From Halogeometricum borinquense DSM 11551 (lineage in GTDB: Archaea; Halobacteriota; Halobacteria; Halobacteriales; Haloferacaceae): DNA of 32,000 bases. The translations under genes were made by a program, and so were the position numbers. Below the pieces are notes generated by a model. It ran no database searches. It was not told the origin of the DNA and saw nothing but the letters and a program-made list of their open reading frames with translations. The first letter of the stretch is position 1, and each line of letters begins with the position of its first letter. Positions 27,856 to 32,000 of this stretch are shown one piece after another. The stretch covers positions 1,440,001 through 1,472,000 of the forward strand of contig NC_014729.1 of assembly GCF_000172995.2 (NCBI RefSeq). The letters run 5' to 3'.

Positions 27856-27907
27856 TCTGAGTGATCTGAGTGGATGCGGTGACGACGCCGCACTTCGGAA
27901 GCCGACC

Positions 27908-27915
27908 TTTTTAAG
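27908..27915 (+). promoter_or_regulatory. TATA-like box for the PPAT gene
   Basis: TTTTTAAG is centred about 27 nt upstream of ATG 27939. Confidence 0.4.
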
Positions 27916-27938
27916 TTCTGAGACTCCGACGCCCGGGT

Positions 27939-28445
27939 ATGAACGTCGCGTTGGGCGGGACCTTCGACCCAGTCCACGACGGCCACCTCGCGTTGTTCGC
28001 GAGAGCCTTCGAACTCGGTGACGTGACCGTCGGTCTCACGAGCGACGAACTCGCGCCGAAGACCCGCCACGTCGACCGATACGTCCGCCCGTTCGAGGAA
28101 CGAAAGCGCGACCTCCTCGACGAACTGGAACCGCTTGCTGAGGAACACGACCGCGAATTCGAGATTCGGACGCTGACCGAACCGACCGGTATCGCCACCG
28201 AACCCGGCTTCGACGTACTCATCGTTTCGCCGGAGACGAAGGACGGTGGTGCGCGGATCAACGAGATACGCGAGGAGCGCGGCCTCCCGCCGCTCGACAT
28301 CGAGGTGGTGGATCACGTCCCCGCAGAGGACGGCAAACGCATCTCTTCGACGCGTATCGTCCGCGGCGAAATCGACCGCCACGGGAATCTCACGCCGGAC
28401 CGCGATGGCCGAGAGGCGACGCGTCCGGACGCTGACGGGGCCTGA
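27939..28445 (+). CDS. Phosphopantetheine adenylyltransferase, archaeal type (cytidylyltransferase fold)
   Basis: Nucleotidyltransferase HxGH motif (GGTFDPVHDGHLALF) and a C-terminal ISSTRI motif. The size fits, at 168 aa. Confidence 0.85.
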   Translation: MNVALGGTFDPVHDGHLALFARAFELGDVTVGLTSDELAPKTRHVDRYVRPFEERKRDLLDELEPLAEEHDREFEIRTLTEPTGIATEPGFDVLIVSPETKDGGARINEIREERGLPPLDIEVVDHVPAEDGKRISSTRIVRGEIDRHGNLTPDRDGREATRPDADGA

Positions 28446-28552
28446 TACGGTCGGCTCCCGTCCCGGTGTTCCTCCAACCGAATCAGCAACCGCCGGTAGA
28501 TAGTCGCAACTGTCTGTGTGATACGCTGATCCCCGTCGTCGCGCTTACCCCC

Positions 28553-28861
28553 TCACCACGTCGGGGGGCGGAAGCCGTTCGCTTCCAGAATCTCTTTCCA
28601 CCGCTGTTGGATGCTGAGTCGCGTCACGTCCATCGCGTTGGCGACGCGGGATTGGGACCGCTCTTCGCCTGCGATGAGTGCGCCCGCGTAGAGACTCGCC
28701 GCCGCAACGGCCCGTTTCGACCGGTCGGCGTCCGGCACCTGTGAGAGAAACATATCGCTTGCGTACGACCGCGCTTCGGACCCGAGTTCGAGGCGGTCGG
28801 CCGCCTCCTCGATGCGCGTCAACCACTCTTCGTTGTCGACCCGGTCTCGGGCACTGTACAT
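28553..28861 (-). CDS. Stand-alone TFB-like single cyclin-repeat protein (102 aa)
   Basis: SKRAVAAASLYAGALIAGEERSQSRVANAMDVTRLSIQQRWKEILE aligns by eye with the second cyclin repeat of the TFB in this window ([46 protein letters not shown]). Start at ATG 28861. The rest of the 302-aa track ORF runs antisense through tRNA-Leu. Confidence 0.75.
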   Translation of the reverse strand: MYSARDRVDNEEWLTRIEEAADRLELGSEARSYASDMFLSQVPDADRSKRAVAAASLYAGALIAGEERSQSRVANAMDVTRLSIQQRWKEILEANGFRPPTW

Positions 28862-28948
28862 ACTGGTCTCTCCGCCGCGACCTACTTGACGCTTGCTCAG
28901 TTTCGAGTGTCGGCTCCCGGTGCGCCTCCGGTCGATTGCGAACGACAG

Positions 28949-28957
28949 TTTCTTATC
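28949..28957 (+). promoter_or_regulatory. TATA-like box upstream of tRNA-Leu
   Basis: TTTCTTATC is centred about 29 nt upstream of tRNA position 1. Confidence 0.4.
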
Positions 28958-28981
28958 TCGATTCCTGATACGCTGTAGTGC

Positions 28982-29066
28982 GCGCGGGTAGCCAAGCCTG
29001 GCCAACGGCGCAGCGCTTAGGACGCTGTCTCGTAGGAGTCCGCCGGTTCGAATCCGGTCCCGCGCA
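28982..29066 (+). tRNA. tRNA-Leu (anticodon UAG), class II with a long variable arm
   Basis: Hand-folded cloverleaf. The acceptor GCGCGGG pairs with CCCGCGC. The D arm is GCC(A)/GGC with the GG loop. The anticodon stem is CAGCG/CGCTG with loop CTTAGGA (UAG). The variable arm is 14 nt (CTC-GTAG-GAG hairpin). The T arm is GCCGG-TTCGAAT-CCGGT. Discriminator A. No CCA and no intron. Confidence 0.92.
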
Positions 29067-29101
29067 CTTCTCCGCTCTGAACGAACGTGAAGAGCGGGAA
29101 G
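29067..29101 (+). other. Bulged hairpin immediately 3' of tRNA-Leu
   Basis: CTTC-T-CCGCTC(T) pairs with (A)GAGCGG-GAAG, giving about 11 bp with one bulged T and a 12-nt loop, GAACGAACGTGA. Confidence 0.6.
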
Positions 29102-29169
29102 TGTGCAACGGCCGGTGAGAACCCTGCAAGGAACGCGCAGTGAACTGACGTGAGCGAGCATTTCTTGCT

Positions 29170-29193
29170 CCGGTTCGAATCCGGTCCCGCGCA
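29170..29193 (+). repeat. Exact 24-nt copy of the tRNA-Leu 3' end (att-like relic, copy 2)
   Basis: CCGGTTCGAATCCGGTCCCGCGCA is identical to 29043-29066. There is no 5' half of a tRNA upstream. Confidence 0.9.
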
Positions 29194-29224
29194 TTTTCTG
29201 TCCGAGCGATAGCGAGGACGAAAA
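29194..29224 (+). other. Bulged hairpin immediately 3' of repeat copy 2, homologous to the one after the tRNA
   Basis: TTTTC-T-GTCC pairs with GGAC-GAAAA, giving 9 bp with one bulged T at the equivalent place and a 12-nt loop, GAGCGATAGCGA. Eight of 12 loop positions match the first hairpin's loop. Confidence 0.6.
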
Positions 29225-29273
29225 TCGATACGAGCGGATTCGAAGCAGGGAACGGAGCGAAGCGGAGTGACTG

Positions 29274-29298
29274 CGGTTCGAATCCGGTCCCGCGCACT
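29274..29298 (+). repeat. Copy 3 of the tRNA-Leu 3' end (23 nt plus 2 nt of trailer identical)
   Basis: CGGTTCGAATCCGGTCCCGCGCA-CT matches 29044-29068. The upstream base differs, or one C is deleted. Confidence 0.88.
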
Positions 29299-29510
29299 CA
29301 AATCGCGCCCTTCGGTCACTTTTTCGTCCGGGTTCTTCCCAGCAGCTCACGGTTCTAATGTTCGCATTTTGCTTGGTCGTTCTCCATGGTGTTATCGAGT
29401 AACGGTTTCGTCCGAGACAGCGACCACTATCCAATTCCCAGAAGAGATCATGCGACTCCATTTTTCCATCCCACTTACCTTTTTGGTGGCTGGATAAGTT
29501 GAACCGGCTA

Positions 29511-32000
29511 ATGGCTGATGCCGACGCTCTCCACGATGCTCTACTAAATATCGGTGAGCAGACGAACGACGATATGAGCGAGAGAGACGTAGAAAACCTC
29601 TTTCTGGAACAAGGATTCTATAATGCTCTCGACTACGAAGGAACGGGTACTGACCTCAGAAGCGAGTTCACACTCCCGGACGACCGGCGACCAGATTACA
29701 TCACTCTTGACTCGAACGAGGCCGTCACCGCAGTCTACGAATTCAAGACGACCGGTCGAAGCCTCCCGCCTCACGAATCGCAACTGTTCCACTACATGGA
29801 CTACCTCCGGGCGGAGTACGGCGTCCTGACCAACGGAGAGCAGTTGCGACTCTACCGGCGCGGCGAAGACCGACCGCTCCTCGTCGTCTCCCTCGAATCG
29901 GTTACAGAGGGTGATGCCCGCGACCTCGTTAGTGCCCTCCAGAAGCGCGACTTCGACCTCACGGATCCGGACGACGTGAATCAGTTCCTCGCAGACCTCG
30001 ACCCGATTCCGCTCGACGCGCAGTCGGAACTCGGGCAGGAACACTTCTTCGATACGTTCCGACTGGAGGACGACAGCCCGTTCGCCGACCTCGTCACCGG
30101 GATGATGGACCTCCTGCATGAACTCCGGGACGAGAACGAGGCGAAGTTCGTGAAAGGCGCTTACGACTTCTGGGAGGCGACATACGCCGACGAGCCGGAC
30201 GAGGTGCCGAACTCATGGGACCCGTTCATCAACGGGAAGCAGTCGCTTCGAGACTTCATGTTCTGTCTGGAGAGCGGACACGCGCTTCTCGCACGGCTCC
30301 TACTAGCGAAGGCCACCGAGGACCACGATTTCTTCGCGGGCACTGGATACGATGGGATGGACGACTACTTCCGCGGGTTGCAGGGCTTCGGCGACACCAT
30401 CAACCTCGATGCATTCCCCGTCGCGGCGGACGACCTCATCGACGATATGCAGGAGCAGTTAGTCGAAGGGCTGTTTCAGGACGACATCTTCATCTGGTGG
30501 ACTGACGGATACAGAGAGCAGATTGATACTCAGCACGCGAGCGGGCCGAGCCGGTTCGAGGACGTAGCACGCGGATCCGGTGACGTGGAACGTGTCAGCG
30601 AGACTACTCGGGACCGCTTCAGCCGCGCCGTCGCCGAGGTGTTCTTCAACGTCCTACGGTTCGACTTCCAAGACGTGGAGGGCGATCTCCTCGGGGACCT
30701 CTACCAGCGGTATTTCGACCCGGAGACGCGCAAGGCACTCGGCGAGTTCTACACGCCACAGCCGGTCATCGACTACATCATGGACGGCGTCGGCTACGAG
30801 CGCGGCGTCTCGAACGAGCGACTCATCGACCCGTCGTGTGGGTCCGGGACCTTCCTCGTGGAGGCCGTCGAGCGGTACATCACCGACGTGGAGAACTTCG
30901 AGGACAACCCCGACTGGGAGGAGCATCTACGCGACCTCTGTACCCGCCCGCGCATTGTTGGGCTTGATATACACCCGTTCGCTGTTCTGATGGCACAGAT
31001 TCGCTTCGTGGTCGCTATCCTCCCGGCGTATCGAGAGGCGAAAACGCAGAATCCCGAGTTTACCATTCGGCGGCTCCCAATCTACCGAACCGACACCCTC
31101 CGAAACGAGCGGGAACTGACGGGCGCGGACCTCGGCGACGACGGCACCCGGCAGATGACCTTCGACGCGATGACCGAGGACGACCAAGACGTACGGATTC
31201 CCGTCCCGCTTCCGGTGGAAGTAGACGAGGACGAGGTCGCCGAAACCGAGGACGGCTTCCTCGTGCGCCGGGTTCGGATGCCGCTGTTCGACACGATTCA
31301 GTTGGAGACTGGCGTCAAGAACTTCGGGGAGTATTTCGCGGCCCTACAAGGCGTCTTGGACACCGTCAAGGACCATATGGCGCTGGCCGAGGAATTCGGC
31401 GGCGACTTCGACTGGGAATACAAGAGTGGGCTGGAGGAGCGCATCAACCAGCACACGTCGCGGGACTACTCTGGGGTAGAGGAGTTCTTCACACCCTACG
31501 TGAACGATATGCTGGAGAACGTGCGCTACCTGAAGGAGGAACACAACGACGGACGGCTGTTCAAGATGTTCGAGGACACCGTGCTCGCGCTCGTCGTGAA
31601 GAACTACATGGAGTACGACTACGTCGTGGGGAATCCGCCGTATGTGAATATCAAATATATCTCCGATACCGCGCAAGAACGCTACACCAGACTATACGAT
31701 TCAGCATTTGGGCGTTTTGACCTCTATGTTTTATTTATTGAGCGTGGACTGGAGATGCTAACTGAGGACGGCGAGTTAGGTTACATTACCTCGAATAAGT
31801 TTGCCCGTGCAGAGTATGGGAGAGAAATCAGGCGGTTAATCAGTTCGGAGTATTCCTTGGCGGAGTACATCGACTTTGGCGATACAGAGGTATTCAAGGA
31901 CGCAACTAATTACCCCTGTATTCTGTTTGTTGACCGTGATAGAAATAGAAAAACCGTCCCATATGCAAAAATTAGACGAGAACAAGATAATATCCTCGAT
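29511..32000 (+). CDS. Type IIG-like restriction-modification fusion protein (N-terminal PD-ExK nuclease + gamma-class N6-adenine DNA methyltransferase), 3' end beyond the window
   Basis: This ORF is not in the track because it has no stop inside the window. I translated 830 codons by hand from ATG 29511 and found no stop. The nuclease core is RRPDYITLDSNEAVTAVYEFK (PD...ExK), followed by GVLTNGEQLRLY as in HsdR-N-type nucleases. The FYTP motif is LGEFYTPQPV. SAM motif I is LIDPSCGSGTFLVEAV and motif II is IVGLDIHPFA. Catalytic motif IV is YDYVVGNPPYV (NPPY at 31632-31643). Confidence 0.85.
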   Translation, partial: MADADALHDALLNIGEQTNDDMSERDVENLFLEQGFYNALDYEGTGTDLRSEFTLPDDRRPDYITLDSNEAVTAVYEFKTTGRSLPPHESQLFHYMDYLRAEYGVLTNGEQLRLYRRGEDRPLLVVSLESVTEGDARDLVSALQKRDFDLTDPDDVNQFLADLDPIPLDAQSELGQEHFFDTFRLEDDSPFADLVTGMMDLLHELRDENEAKFVKGAYDFWEATYADEPDEVPNSWDPFINGKQSLRDFMFCLESGHALLARLLLAKATEDHDFFAGTGYDGMDDYFRGLQGFGDTINLDAFPVAADDLIDDMQEQLVEGLFQDDIFIWWTDGYREQIDTQHASGPSRFEDVARGSGDVERVSETTRDRFSRAVAEVFFNVLRFDFQDVEGDLLGDLYQRYFDPETRKALGEFYTPQPVIDYIMDGVGYERGVSNERLIDPSCGSGTFLVEAVERYITDVENFEDNPDWEEHLRDLCTRPRIVGLDIHPFAVLMAQIRFVVAILPAYREAKTQNPEFTIRRLPIYRTDTLRNERELTGADLGDDGTRQMTFDAMTEDDQDVRIPVPLPVEVDEDEVAETEDGFLVRRVRMPLFDTIQLETGVKNFGEYFAALQGVLDTVKDHMALAEEFGGDFDWEYKSGLEERINQHTSRDYSGVEEFFTPYVNDMLENVRYLKEEHNDGRLFKMFEDTVLALVVKNYMEYDYVVGNPPYVNIKYISDTAQERYTRLYDSAFGRFDLYVLFIERGLEMLTEDGELGYITSNKFARAEYGREIRRLISSEYSLAEYIDFGDTEVFKDATNYPCILFVDRDRNRKTVPYAKIRREQDNILD

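Larger units (their letters stand above)
29067..32000. mobile_element. Putative tRNA-Leu-associated genomic island (left boundary only; extends beyond the window)
   Basis: It begins with stacked tRNA 3'-end repeats. These are followed by a restriction-modification gene and a sharp drop in GC from about 31640. No integrase is visible inside the window. Confidence 0.35.

Noticed and set aside
27851-27874. Tandem 9-nt repeat AGTGATCTG x2.5 at the stop codon of the winged-helix regulator gene
   Set aside because: It is too short and too few copies to be more than a slippage scar. It has no associated structure.
29170-29298. The extra tRNA-Leu 3' segments as additional tRNA genes, pseudo-tRNAs or split-tRNA 3' halves
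   Set aside because: No 5' acceptor strand, D arm or anticodon arm lies within 100 nt upstream of either copy. The fragments start inside the T arm rather than at the anticodon loop, where split-tRNA halves begin.
28862-29461. Continuation of the 302-aa minus-strand ORF beyond the mini-TFB start
   Set aside because: It runs antisense through tRNA-Leu and all three repeat copies. It is open only because of the GC-rich, repeat-derived sequence.
29544-30119. 191-aa minus-strand ORF and several 60-140-aa plus-strand ORFs listed inside 29500-31700
   Set aside because: All overlap the single uninterrupted R-M reading frame of more than 830 codons, which carries nuclease and methyltransferase motifs. 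They are off-frame or antisense artefacts.
1-32000. CRISPR arrays, IS elements or transposases, rRNA genes, tRNA introns
   Set aside because: I saw no regularly spaced direct repeats with unique spacers, and no transposase-like or integrase-like translation in any frame of the ORF track. Both tRNAs fold without introns.

Overview
The window looks like a chromosomal segment from a haloarchaeon (class Halobacteria). It is GC-rich, third codon positions are mostly G/C, and the predicted proteins are strongly acidic. Many genes have an A/T-rich TATA-like box centred about 27-32 nt upstream of the start codon, which suggests leaderless or short-leader mRNAs. I did not attempt a species assignment.

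I call about 36 protein-coding genes and 2 tRNAs. Positions 1-28900 are mostly housekeeping and core functions:
- LutC plus a fused LutB/LutA-like lactate-utilisation pair
- PRC-barrel protein
- TrkA-N/DHH phosphoesterase
- tRNA-Lys(CUU)
- two Lrp/AsnC regulators
- EamA transporter
- alpha/beta hydrolase
- ThrRS
- GH77 4-alpha-glucanotransferase
- CNNM/CorC-type transporter
- DJ-1/PfpI protein
- Ogg-type glycosylase
- aIF2-beta
- TFB
- CorA
- Nop5-fibrillarin operon
- GshA-type glutamate-cysteine ligase
- archaeal PPAT

Three short genes are missing from the 60-aa ORF track. Two are CxxC...CPxC zinc-ribbon proteins (59 aa and 44 aa). The third is a 53-aa two-helix membrane peptide whose stop overlaps the corA start.

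The most unusual part is the right end:
- tRNA-Leu(UAG) at 28982-29066 is followed by two further copies of its last 23-24 nt, at 29170 and 29274. Copies 1 and 2 are each followed immediately by a homologous bulged hairpin. This looks like stacked att relics.
- Next comes a long ORF that runs off the window (29511 to beyond 32000). It fuses a PD-ExK nuclease to a gamma-class N6-adenine methyltransferase, the type IIG restriction-modification architecture.
- Inside that ORF, codon usage switches abruptly at the NPPY catalytic motif. GC3 by hand count falls from about 89% to about 45%, which suggests a mosaic gene or an island boundary.

I found no CRISPR array, transposase or rRNA. Most long antisense ORFs in the track are GC-driven shadow ORFs.
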